Shown here: positions 20,270 to 29,073 of the stretch, in pieces | Layout: each line of letters begins with the position of its first letter | Position numbering within the stretch: the first letter of the stretch is position 1 | NCBI GenBank assembly: GCA_019244185.1 | Contig: JAFATB010000019.1 | Location: 128,001 to 192,000, forward strand | Direction: 5' to 3' | DNA length: 64,000 nt | Source: Acidobacteriota bacterium | GTDB taxonomy: Bacteria; Acidobacteriota; Thermoanaerobaculia; Gp7-AA8 | The notes under the pieces: generated by a model | The model's input: the letters and a program-made list of their open reading frames with translations, nothing else | Told to the model about the DNA's origin: nothing | Databases searched by the model: none | Made by a program: the position numbers and the translations under genes

Positions 20270-20846
20270 ACAAATCCGCCAGTCGTTCCTTCAGTTTCTT
20301 CCTTGCGAGCGAAAGATGCGAGCGAATCGTCCCCTCGGACAGCCCGGTCATCGCCGCGATCTCCGCGTGCTCGAACTCCTCGACGAGGTGCAGCCGCGCG
20401 ACGAGCCGCTGCATGTCCGGCAGCTCGTCGAGCGCGGCCGCGATGCGCCGTGCGATCTCGCCGCCGACGGCCGCCGCGTCCGCGTCGTCGCGGCGCGCCG
20501 CGGGCGCCTGCTCGCCGAGCGGCTCGTGCGGAAAGCGGGTGCGATGTTTCTGCATGTCGAGAGCGAGGTTGGTCACGATGCGATGGATCCACGGCGCGAA
20601 CGGCTCGCCCACGCGGAAGCGCGGGAGATGCCGGTACGCCTTCACGAACGCTTCCTGCGCCAGATCGTCCGCGTCCGCGGGGTTGCGGACGATGCTGCGC
20701 GCGATCGCGACGACGCGCCGCAAATGCAACGACACGAGAGCGTCGTACGCCCTCGTGTCGCCCGACTGCGCGCGCGCGACGAGCAGCGTTTCCGCGGCCC
20801 GCGCGTCGTCGTCGCCGGCCGCGATCAGCGGCTGTGCCGTTCCCAC
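20256..20846 (-). CDS. ECF RNA polymerase sigma factor
   Basis: ADDLAQEAFVKA, FAPWIHRIVTN, EIAAMTGLSEGTIRSHLSLAR. Confidence 0.92.
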   Translation of the reverse strand: MGTAQPLIAAGDDDARAAETLLVARAQSGDTRAYDALVSLHLRRVVAIARSIVRNPADADDLAQEAFVKAYRHLPRFRVGEPFAPWIHRIVTNLALDMQKHRTRFPHEPLGEQAPAARRDDADAAAVGGEIARRIAAALDELPDMQRLVARLHLVEEFEHAEIAAMTGLSEGTIRSHLSLARKKLKERLADLYDHD

Positions 20847-21286
20847 TGCGCCGCATGCTCCTCGATCATCGTGCCGAGTTTCGCACGCTGCTCCGGCGTG
20901 AGCACGTTCAGCGCCTTCGACACCGCGACGAGCGTGTTCGCCTTCAGCGCCTTCTCCGCGTCGTTCTGCTGATCGAGCAGCGCCTGCGCCGCGGCGACGT
21001 CGTTCGGATTCTTCACCAGCGTCTGCGCGATGCTGCGCAGGCCGCCGTGGAACTGCTGGCGATACGGCGCGTTCTGCGTGCGCAGGTCGGCGAAGATGTC
21101 TTTGATCTCGCTGACCTGCTGATCGCTGAGATCGAGCTTGCCGGCGACGAACGCCAGATGTGCCATCGGATTGAGGCCGTGTCCGTGGCCGAAGCCGTGA
21201 TGCATCGGCGGCTGCTGCGCCTGCAGCACGAGCGCGGCCGCCAGCATCGCGGCGATCGCGGTTGCAATGAGGATCTTCTTCTTCAT
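20825..21286 (-). CDS. Spy/CpxP-family periplasmic chaperone
   Basis: signal peptide, His/Gly-rich N-terminus, LDLSDQQ and LTPEQ motifs. Confidence 0.85.
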   Translation of the reverse strand: MKKKILIATAIAAMLAAALVLQAQQPPMHHGFGHGHGLNPMAHLAFVAGKLDLSDQQVSEIKDIFADLRTQNAPYRQQFHGGLRSIAQTLVKNPNDVAAAQALLDQQNDAEKALKANTLVAVSKALNVLTPEQRAKLGTMIEEHAAQWERHSR

Positions 21287-21314
21287 GATGATTCGTTCTC
21301 CTTCTGCATCGCAT

Positions 21315-21340
21315 TACGACGGCGCGCCGCCGCTGTTGAA
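21315..21340 (-). promoter_or_regulatory. ECF-type promoter candidate (autoregulation of the spy-sigma operon)
   Basis: minus strand TTCAAC-N16-CGTA, matching the general ECF AAC/CGT pattern; AAGGAG SD downstream. Confidence 0.45.
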
Positions 21341-21386
21341 TGAGGCCGTGAAATCGCGCCGGTATAATCGCGCGACGCTTCGTCGC

Positions 21387-22745
21387 ATGCGGCCGCTCTC
21401 GCTGGTTCTCGCGCTGTCCCTCGCCGCCGGCGCCGCCGCGCAGCAGGCGCTCGTCTGTCCGCCCGCGCCGGGCGGCCGCGCGTGCGACGCGTTTCACTTC
21501 CACATCGCGCTCTACCGTCCCGACACGAAGCAGTTTGTCGAGGTCACCGGCGTCAACCAGTTCGCGACGCAGAACGCGTGCGACCGCGCGCGCGACGCGC
21601 AGCTCGCCGCGAACGCGAAGGTCGTCGAAGCGCTGCGCGCGGTGAAGCAGCAGCTCGAGCCGAACCAGTACGGCCCGTGTCATTGCGACCAGACGCTCGA
21701 CAAGACCAGCCCGATGTACCTGACGGACGCGCAGCGCGTGCAGCAGCTGCGGATGGTCGAGGACGTGCGGCTGCGCGTGCGGGAGCGGATGCTCGACAAC
21801 CGCATCACGAGCGACTCGGAGGCGATGCGCGCGTTGTACACGCCGCTGCCGTCGACGCCGCAGCTCGGCGCGCCGCGCGTCGTGACGCTGCCGCAGACCG
21901 CGACCGCGCAGATCGCGACATCGGCGGATGATCTCCGTTCAACGGCGACGATCGACTCGGTGAAGCCCGCGATCGCCGCGCTCGATCTGCCGCTCGTCGA
22001 GCTCGAAGCGCCAGCCGCGCCGGCGACACCCGCGACGAGCACGATCGAAGTCGCGGCACCACAGCCGGCGACGGAGACGCAACCCGTCGCGCAGCCGACG
22101 CCGGCAACGCAGACCGCACCATCGACGCAAGCCGCGCCAACGCAAACGCCCGCGCAACCGCAAACACCCGCGGCGCAAGCGCCGCAATCCGCGCCGGTCA
22201 CCGAAACGACCGTCACGCCGGAGCCGCCGGTCACGCCCACCGTCGACGCCGCACCGGAGCCGTCGCCCGATCTGCAGGCCACCGCGGATCGCTTCATCAC
22301 GTACGAGACCGAGCGCATTCAGAACGTGCTCAAGGCGTCGCAGGCGATCGACGACGAGAATCTCAAAGGGAAGATCTTCGACGCGGCGATGCAGCGCATC
22401 CAGCTGCTGTCGAACCTGCGGCTGCTCATCGAGGGCTCCGGCGTGCGCAGCCGGCTCGCGGCCGCGGCGCGCGCGGCGGACGACGAGGCCGCGCGGCTGG
22501 CGCTCGTCACGAAGCTCTTCGGCGACGACATCGCGCCGCACTGGGCGCCACACGACGCGAGCGACGTCGTCTTCGACGTCGACCCCGCCATCGCCGCGGC
22601 GCCGGAGCGCGCGCTGCGCGACACCACCGGCCACTTCTCCGCGCAGCAGAAACGCCGCGCTCTCTACCTCGTGCTCGCGCAGACGCAGCCCGCCGAGGAC
22701 CAGCGCCTCTGGCTCACCAGCGTCGTCGAGGAGTTCCTCCAGTGA
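21387..22745 (+). CDS. secreted hypothetical protein with Cys-containing N-domain and P/A/T/Q linker
   Basis: signal peptide; TATAAT at 21363-21368; coupled to the next gene. Confidence 0.8.
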   Translation: MRPLSLVLALSLAAGAAAQQALVCPPAPGGRACDAFHFHIALYRPDTKQFVEVTGVNQFATQNACDRARDAQLAANAKVVEALRAVKQQLEPNQYGPCHCDQTLDKTSPMYLTDAQRVQQLRMVEDVRLRVRERMLDNRITSDSEAMRALYTPLPSTPQLGAPRVVTLPQTATAQIATSADDLRSTATIDSVKPAIAALDLPLVELEAPAAPATPATSTIEVAAPQPATETQPVAQPTPATQTAPSTQAAPTQTPAQPQTPAAQAPQSAPVTETTVTPEPPVTPTVDAAPEPSPDLQATADRFITYETERIQNVLKASQAIDDENLKGKIFDAAMQRIQLLSNLRLLIEGSGVRSRLAAAARAADDEAARLALVTKLFGDDIAPHWAPHDASDVVFDVDPAIAAAPERALRDTTGHFSAQQKRRALYLVLAQTQPAEDQRLWLTSVVEEFLQ

Positions 22746-24412
22746 GAACCGCGCTCGCCGTGCTGCTGCTCGCCGTGCTGTTGCTCGCCGTGCTGCCGCT
22801 CGTGGCAACGTCCGCGTTCGCGCAGGATGCGCCCGCGACGAATCCTCACGACGAATTCACGAAGGCCTTTTTCTTCGGAAAGAAATTCGCCGACCTCGGC
22901 GAATACGCGTCCGCGTACGAACAGTTCGCGAAAGCCGACGCGCTCGAGCCCGATCAGGCGCCCGTGCTCTACGACATGGCTGTCGTGCTCGCGCGCGCGG
23001 GCCGCTACTCCGACGCGCAGGTGAAGGTCGATCGTTACCTGCAGCTCTTCCCGAGCGGCGCCGAGCGCGCGAATGTCGCCAAGCTGCAGCTCGAGCTCGA
23101 GTTCCAGCGCGAGCTGCAGAAGAAGCGTCAGACCGATCAGGAGTACGCCGATCTCTTCAACCGCGCGAAGTTCACCTACGCGCACGGCGACCTCGGCGAA
23201 GCGCTGCGCCTCTTCCAACAGGCCGAGCAGCTCCGCGCGTCCGACGCCGCCGCCGTCTTCGACGAGGCGGTCGTGCTCGAGAAGCAGGGCGAGTTCGCGA
23301 AAGCCATCGAACGCTACCGCCGCTACGCGGAGCTGGAGACGAACGTCGAGAAGAAGACCAGCGTCGACGAGCGCATCTTCGCGCTGCAGCACGAGCTCGA
23401 AGACATGCGCACGAAGATCGTCTGCGCGTTCTGCGGCTACAAGCTCCCCGCCGGCGCGACGTGGTGCCCGCGCTGCTGGCACGGTCCGTATCTCGTGAAG
23501 TCCGCGGTGTGGAACACGCGGCCGTGCGTCGACGGCGCATCCGCCACGCGCGCGACCTACTTCTCCGATGAGCGTTTCAATCGCAACGACGTCCTGCCAT
23601 GTCTCTGGAAGAACGGGTCGATGCTGGAGACGCTGCGCTACACGCCGTCGCGCCAGCGCGCGATCCAGGAGGCGCGGCGAGCGGAAGGATGGACGTACGC
23701 GAACGACGTGCTGCAGAACTGGAGCGACCGCCAGGGCAATCAGATCCGCTACACGCAGGGCGCCGATTACTGCGAGAAGATCAGCTCGACCAGCGGCGGC
23801 GAAGTGCTCACGTACACCGCGCACGCCGGCGGCGACGGCATCTGGCTGCTCGACCGCGAGGACCTCATCGTCGACGCGCAGCGCTACACGAATCACTACG
23901 AGTACGACGCGGCCGGACGCATCGCGCGGCAGCAGGTCTCGTACGAGAACGGCGCCGCGTGCAATCACGTCATCGACATGACCGCCGACTACGCGTACGC
24001 GAACGACGCCCTCGTCGCCGCAACCATCAAAGGTGGTTACGACGGTTATACGCCGGAAGGCGCGCCGCGCGTCGACTGGCAGGCCAGTGTCGCCTACACG
24101 TACGACGCGAACGCGCGCGTGATGAAGGAAGAACTGGCGGTGACGTCGTTCAGCAAGACGTACACGCAGAAGGCGCAGGGCGCGCTGCGCGACGAGGTCT
24201 CGCAGCTCTACGCGAACATGCGCGTGCGGAAGCCGATCGAGAACGTCAGCCGCAGCGGCGACTTGTGCGGCGCGAGCGGCAATCAGCTGCTCACGAACCT
24301 CATCGACCTGCGGCCGTTCTACGCGCTCTCGCCGAACCTCGCCATCGCGCTGCAGAACGGCGTCACGCGCGCGGTGGTGACGTTCACCTATCCGGACGCG
24401 TTCCGGCCGTGA
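22742..24412 (+). CDS. secreted TPR protein with CxxC...CxxC ribbon and YD-like repeats
   Basis: signal peptide, TPR helices, CAFC...CPRC, YEYDAAGR / YTYDANAR. Confidence 0.8.
   Translation: MRTALAVLLLAVLLLAVLPLVATSAFAQDAPATNPHDEFTKAFFFGKKFADLGEYASAYEQFAKADALEPDQAPVLYDMAVVLARAGRYSDAQVKVDRYLQLFPSGAERANVAKLQLELEFQRELQKKRQTDQEYADLFNRAKFTYAHGDLGEALRLFQQAEQLRASDAAAVFDEAVVLEKQGEFAKAIERYRRYAELETNVEKKTSVDERIFALQHELEDMRTKIVCAFCGYKLPAGATWCPRCWHGPYLVKSAVWNTRPCVDGASATRATYFSDERFNRNDVLPCLWKNGSMLETLRYTPSRQRAIQEARRAEGWTYANDVLQNWSDRQGNQIRYTQGADYCEKISSTSGGEVLTYTAHAGGDGIWLLDREDLIVDAQRYTNHYEYDAAGRIARQQVSYENGAACNHVIDMTADYAYANDALVAATIKGGYDGYTPEGAPRVDWQASVAYTYDANARVMKEELAVTSFSKTYTQKAQGALRDEVSQLYANMRVRKPIENVSRSGDLCGASGNQLLTNLIDLRPFYALSPNLAIALQNGVTRAVVTFTYPDAFRP
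22753..22797 (+). repeat. 3 x 15-nt in-frame tandem repeat in the signal peptide (LAVLL)
   Basis: GCTCGCCGTGCTG-NN repeated three times. Confidence 0.8.
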
Positions 24413-25325
24413 CGCCTACCGGTACGCAGAACAGATCGTCGGCCACGCATTCCGCGAACTCGAACTGAATGGTCGTGTGCGCGATGCGGTATTCGCGGGC
24501 GAGCATCGCGTTCACGTCATCGAGCAGACGCGCCGTGCTCTTCACCGGCACGTCGCCGACCATCAGATGACACGACAGCGCGGGCGCGGAGGGGCCGAGC
24601 GCCCAGATGTGCAGGTGGTGGACGCCGTGAATGCCGGCGATCGTGCCGAGGGAGCTCGTGACGGCGGAGGGGTCGATGGTGGCGGGCGTGCCTTCGAGCA
24701 GCAGATTCACCGACTCTTTCAGCACGCCGTAGCTGCTCCAGAGAATCAGCACGCCGATGGCGATCGACACGATCTCGTCCCACTGCAATGAGCCCGTGGC
24801 AACGATGAGCAGCGCGGCCACGATGATGCCGGCGGAGGAGAGCGCGTCACCGACCATGTGCACGAACGCGCCGCGCACGTTCACGTCCTCGCGGCTCTCG
24901 TGATGGAGCGACCACGCGATCGCGCCGTTGACGAAGAGCGCGATGGCCGCCATCACGAGCATCGGCGTCGTCTCGACCGGCGTCGGATGCGCGAGCCGTC
25001 CGAACGCCTCGCGGAAGATCAGCAGCGTGAACGCCATCAGCACGCCGGAGTTGATGAACGCCGCGAGAATGCCGGCGCGCTGGTAGCCGAAGGATTTCGA
25101 GACCGTCGGCGCGCGCCGGGCCAGGCGCACGGCCACGAGCGCGATCACGAGCGCGACGGCGTCGGTGAGGTTGTGCAGCGCGTCGCCGATGAGCGCGAGC
25201 GAGCCGGCGTACACGCCGATCGAGGCTTCGGCGACGACGACGACGAGGTTCGCGGCGGTGGCGAAGGTCAGCTTGCGCGAGACGGTGCGGGTGGGATCGT
25301 GGTGGTGGTGATGGTCGTGAGCCAT
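24384..25325 (-). CDS. cation diffusion facilitator (CzcD/ZitB-like)
   Basis: His-rich N-terminus, SLALIGDALHNLTD, HMVGD, HHLHIW, HTTIQFE. Confidence 0.92.
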   Translation of the reverse strand: MAHDHHHHHDPTRTVSRKLTFATAANLVVVVAEASIGVYAGSLALIGDALHNLTDAVALVIALVAVRLARRAPTVSKSFGYQRAGILAAFINSGVLMAFTLLIFREAFGRLAHPTPVETTPMLVMAAIALFVNGAIAWSLHHESREDVNVRGAFVHMVGDALSSAGIIVAALLIVATGSLQWDEIVSIAIGVLILWSSYGVLKESVNLLLEGTPATIDPSAVTSSLGTIAGIHGVHHLHIWALGPSAPALSCHLMVGDVPVKSTARLLDDVNAMLAREYRIAHTTIQFEFAECVADDLFCVPVGVTAGTRPDR

Positions 25326-25329
25326 CGCC

Positions 25330-25833
25330 TCACCGCGTCGATTTCTCCACCTTCTTCGACTTCGCGGCGACCTGTTCGCCCATCGCGCGGCGCTGCTCGC
25401 GCAGCTTCGCCGCGAGCTCCGCGTCGGACGTCGCCACGATCTGCGCCGCGAGAATGCCGGCATTGCGCGCGCCGCCGATGGCCACAGTCGCCACCGGGAT
25501 TCCCGGCGGCATCTGAACGATCGCGTACAGCGCGTCGAGTCCCTGCAACGCGCCGCTCGCGAGCGGCACGCCGATCACCGGACGCGTCGTCAGCGACGCC
25601 ACGACGCCCGGCAGATGCGCGGCCATGCCCGCGCCGGCGATGAACGCGACGGCGCCGTTCGCTTCCGCGCCGGTCACGATCTCCTTCGTGCGGTCGGGGC
25701 TGCGATGCGCCGACGCCACGGTGAACTCGTACGGCACGCCCGCTTCATCGAGCGCCGCGGCAGCCTGCGACATCACCTCCGCGTCGGAGTCGCTGCCCAT
25801 GATGATGAGAACCCACGGTTTTGCCACTGCCAT
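25330..25833 (-). CDS. purE: N5-CAIR mutase
   Basis: MGSDSD, SAHRSP, AGAGMAAHLPG, QMPPGIPVATV. Confidence 0.97.
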   Translation of the reverse strand: MAVAKPWVLIIMGSDSDAEVMSQAAAALDEAGVPYEFTVASAHRSPDRTKEIVTGAEANGAVAFIAGAGMAAHLPGVVASLTTRPVIGVPLASGALQGLDALYAIVQMPPGIPVATVAIGGARNAGILAAQIVATSDAELAAKLREQRRAMGEQVAAKSKKVEKSTR

Positions 25834-27128
25834 CAATCGACCGCCCATGCTCCCGATTTGCGCGCCTCGAGCGCGCGATAACCGATGTCGCGCCGGTAGC
25901 GCGCACCTTCGAACCGCACTTTCGGCGCGGCTTCATACACTTTCGCCAGCGCCTCGGACAGCGACGCCGCGCGCGCGCAGACGCTGACGACGCGCCCCGC
26001 CTGATTCACGAGCTTTCCGCCGCGCTTCACGACGCCGGCGTGGAAGACGACCACCGAGTCGTCGGCGATCGGATCGAACTCCACTTCCTGCCCTTTCGGG
26101 AAATCGTCGGGATAGCCGTCGACCGCGATCACGACGCACGCCGCCGCTTCCTTCCGGAAGTTCAGCGCCTTGAGGTCACCCAGGTTGCCGCGCGCGACGC
26201 GCAGGCAGACCTCCGCGAGATCGTCGTCGAGTCGCAGCATCTGCACCTGCGTCTCCGGATCGCCGAAGCGGCAGTTGTACTCGAGGACGCGCGGACCGTT
26301 CGCCGTGAGCATGAGCCCCGCGTACAGCACGCCGGTGTAAGGCCGTCCTTCCGCCTCCATGCCTTGCAGCGTGGGCAGAATGACGGAGCTCATGATGTCG
26401 GCAGCGGTGGAAGCGCCAAGGACCACGGCGGGCGAATGCGCGCCCATCCCGCCGGTATTCGGGCCGGTGTCGCCGTCGAACGCCTTCTTGTAATCCTTCA
26501 CCGGCGCGAGCGGCAGCGCCTTCTTGCCGTCGGTGACGACGATGAACGACACCTCTTCGCCGGCGAGGAACTCCTCGACGAGGATGCGCGTGGCCGCGGT
26601 GCCGAACTTCTTCTCCTCGAACACCATGTGCAGGTATTCGTCGGCCTCGCGCGCGGACTCCACGATCACGACGCCCTTGCCGGCGGCGAGGCCGTCGACC
26701 TTCAGCACGGCGGGGTACTTGGTCTGCTTCAGCGCCGCCTTCGCCTCGTCGACGGAGTTGCAGGTCCACGCCGCGGCGGTGGGGATGTCGTACTTGCGCA
26801 TGAAGTCTTTCGAGAAGACTTTCGAGCCTTCGAGCTCCGCGGCGAGGCGCGTGGGGCCGAAGATGGCCAGGCCGCGCTTCTGGAACTCGTCGACGATGCC
26901 GAGGGTGAGCGGGAGCTCCGGGCCGACGACGGTGAGATCCATCTTCAGCTTCTCGGCGAAGTCGGCCAGCTCGACGATGTCCGCCACGCCGATCTGGACG
27001 CAATCGGCCACGGAGGCGATTCCGGCGTTGCCCGGCGCGGCGTAGAGCTCGTGCACGAGCGGCGACTGCTTGAGTTTCCAGCAGAGCGCGTGTTCGCGCG
27101 CGCCCTGTCCCACGACCAGCACTCGCAT
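25833..27128 (-). CDS. purD: phosphoribosylamine-glycine ligase
   Basis: GAREHAL, APGNAG, GLAAGKGV, GPNTGGMG, EYNCRFGDPE. Confidence 0.97.
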   Translation of the reverse strand: MRVLVVGQGAREHALCWKLKQSPLVHELYAAPGNAGIASVADCVQIGVADIVELADFAEKLKMDLTVVGPELPLTLGIVDEFQKRGLAIFGPTRLAAELEGSKVFSKDFMRKYDIPTAAAWTCNSVDEAKAALKQTKYPAVLKVDGLAAGKGVVIVESAREADEYLHMVFEEKKFGTAATRILVEEFLAGEEVSFIVVTDGKKALPLAPVKDYKKAFDGDTGPNTGGMGAHSPAVVLGASTAADIMSSVILPTLQGMEAEGRPYTGVLYAGLMLTANGPRVLEYNCRFGDPETQVQMLRLDDDLAEVCLRVARGNLGDLKALNFRKEAAACVVIAVDGYPDDFPKGQEVEFDPIADDSVVVFHAGVVKRGGKLVNQAGRVVSVCARAASLSEALAKVYEAAPKVRFEGARYRRDIGYRALEARKSGAWAVD

Positions 27129-27203
27129 GTCTGCTCCCGATTGTAACGGGGAAGCGCGAAGTCTCTCTAGACGTTTCCCGAACAGCCCCCGTACAAAGGG
27201 GCG

Positions 27204-27821
27204 ATGTCCGCGGAACTCCACGTGATGATGCCGACGACACCCAGCGTCGAACCAGACGATCGCCAGCTCGTGCAGACGATCCGCGAGGGCGACGCCGACG
27301 CCTTCGAACTGCTCGTGCGCCGCAAGACCTCCAAGGTCTACGCGCTCTGCTACCGCATCATCGGCAACGGCGAGGACGCGAAGGACATCGCGCAGCTGGT
27401 CTTCATCAAGCTCTGGGAGAACCTCGAAAAGTACGACGCGAGCTACGCCTTCGACACGTGGCTCTACCGCATGGTCACGAACGTGGCCATCGACTTCATG
27501 CGCAACCGCCAGTCGCGCGAGAATGCCGTGAACTCGAACCTGCGCCTCGTGAAGACCGCCGCCGACGCCGAACAGACCGTCGTCGTGCAGCGGAAGGAAG
27601 TCGAGCATGTCTTCAACGACATCTCCGACGTCCTCTCCCCGAAGCAGAAGACGATCTTCGTCATGAATCAGATGGACGACCTTCCTTCCGCCGAGATCGC
27701 GAAGATCCTCGGCTGCCGCGAGTCGACGGTGCGCAATCACCTCTTCAACGCGCGCAAGCTGATGCAGCAGCAGCTGCAGAAGCGCTATCCCGAATACGCG
27801 CAGCTGTGGAGGGAGCGATGA
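27204..27821 (+). CDS. ECF RNA polymerase sigma factor
   Basis: DAKDIAQLVF, FDTWLYRMVTN, EIAKILG...TVRNHLFNAR; start may be ~20 nt downstream. Confidence 0.92.
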   Translation: MSAELHVMMPTTPSVEPDDRQLVQTIREGDADAFELLVRRKTSKVYALCYRIIGNGEDAKDIAQLVFIKLWENLEKYDASYAFDTWLYRMVTNVAIDFMRNRQSRENAVNSNLRLVKTAADAEQTVVVQRKEVEHVFNDISDVLSPKQKTIFVMNQMDDLPSAEIAKILGCRESTVRNHLFNARKLMQQQLQKRYPEYAQLWRER

Positions 27822-28345
27822 TCTCCTGCGAGGCGTTCCGCACCCGTTTTCACGCGTCGACCGAAGACCCGTCGCTGCTCGACCATCTGCGCGCGTGCGA
27901 CCGCTGCCTCGACTTCGCCGTCGACGTCGATCCGGACGTCCTCTTCCGCTCCCTCGGCGGCGCGGAGCTGGTGCCTCCCGGCGGTGTCGACGCGTTCGTC
28001 AGCGATGTGATGCGCCAAGTGCGCGTGCGCGACGCGGAGACGGCTGCCGCCGCGCGGCACCGCGTCATCAGCTGGCCGCGCCGTCTGGCCATCGCCGCGA
28101 CGATCGCCGCCGGCCTCACCGGCACGCTGCTGACGTATCGTGCGAATGCGCCAACCGTTGCGCCGCAGCCGATCGCGCGTATCGCGCACGCGAGCGCACC
28201 CGTCGCGGCGAAGGCGCTGGTGACGAAACCCGTGGTGGAAACGTATGACTCTCAGAATGCGACGATCGTCGAAGTACCCGGCGAATCATCCGATGACGTC
28301 AAGGTCGTGATGATCTTCGACGAGAATCTCCCGGCGGATTTATGA
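27818..28345 (+). CDS. zinc-binding (ZAS) membrane anti-sigma factor
   Basis: ATGA coupling; HLRACDRC (HxxxCxxC) motif, one TM helix. Confidence 0.8.
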   Translation: MISCEAFRTRFHASTEDPSLLDHLRACDRCLDFAVDVDPDVLFRSLGGAELVPPGGVDAFVSDVMRQVRVRDAETAAAARHRVISWPRRLAIAATIAAGLTGTLLTYRANAPTVAPQPIARIAHASAPVAAKALVTKPVVETYDSQNATIVEVPGESSDDVKVVMIFDENLPADL

Positions 28346-29016
28346 AACGACTTCTGGCTGTAGTGGCGGCGCTGCTCTTTCTCTCCGTCTCCGCGTTTGC
28401 GGAGCCGGCCGAGGTGGGGCGGAGCCTTTCCGTGCGGACGTTCCAGTTCAAGCACAAGCAGGCGGACAAAGCGGCGGCGGTGATCAAGCCGCTCATGAGC
28501 GCGGAAGGGTCGATGTCGATCCAGCCGGCGGCGAACTCGCTCGTCGTCACGGACGCGCCGGAGAACCTCAAGAAGATCGCCGCCGCGCTCGCGGACTTCG
28601 ACTCCGTCGCGCAGCCGTTCCGCCTCTCGATCCGTCTCGTGGCCGCGAGCCGCGTGACCAACGGCACCACGCCGAAGATCACCGATGACGTGAAAGACGT
28701 CGCGCCGAAGCTCGCGCTGCTCCGCTACAACGCGCTCGAAGGTCTCGGTGCCGCCGACGTCGCCGGCAAGGAAGGCGAGCCGGGCGTGGTGGAGCTGAGC
28801 GGCTACCGCGCCGAGTTCAAGTTCGGCGATTACGATCCGGCCAGCGACTCGATCAAAGTCAGCGACTTCAAGTTGTCACGGCTCGAGGGCGATCAGCTTG
28901 CGCCGATGATGAAGACCACTCTCAATCTCAAACTCGGGCAGACCGTGATCATCGGCGCGACCAAACAGCCGCAGAGCCAGCGCGCGCTGATGATCGTCGT
29001 CGCTGCCCGGCGCTGA
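28342..29016 (+). CDS. periplasmic protein with a secretin N-type (NolW-like) domain
   Basis: signal peptide, NSLVVTDAPENLKKI; no secretin barrel. Confidence 0.7.
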   Translation: MKRLLAVVAALLFLSVSAFAEPAEVGRSLSVRTFQFKHKQADKAAAVIKPLMSAEGSMSIQPAANSLVVTDAPENLKKIAAALADFDSVAQPFRLSIRLVAASRVTNGTTPKITDDVKDVAPKLALLRYNALEGLGAADVAGKEGEPGVVELSGYRAEFKFGDYDPASDSIKVSDFKLSRLEGDQLAPMMKTTLNLKLGQTVIIGATKQPQSQRALMIVVAARR

Positions 29017-29073
29017 ACAGACGCAGCGCATCCTTTTCTCCTCACTTCGCGCGAAGGGCGCGGCGCACACCGC

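Noticed and set aside
23423-23483. CPRCWH as a c-type heme site
   Set aside because: The spacing is CxxCxH, not CxxCH; it fits a paired CxxC ribbon better.
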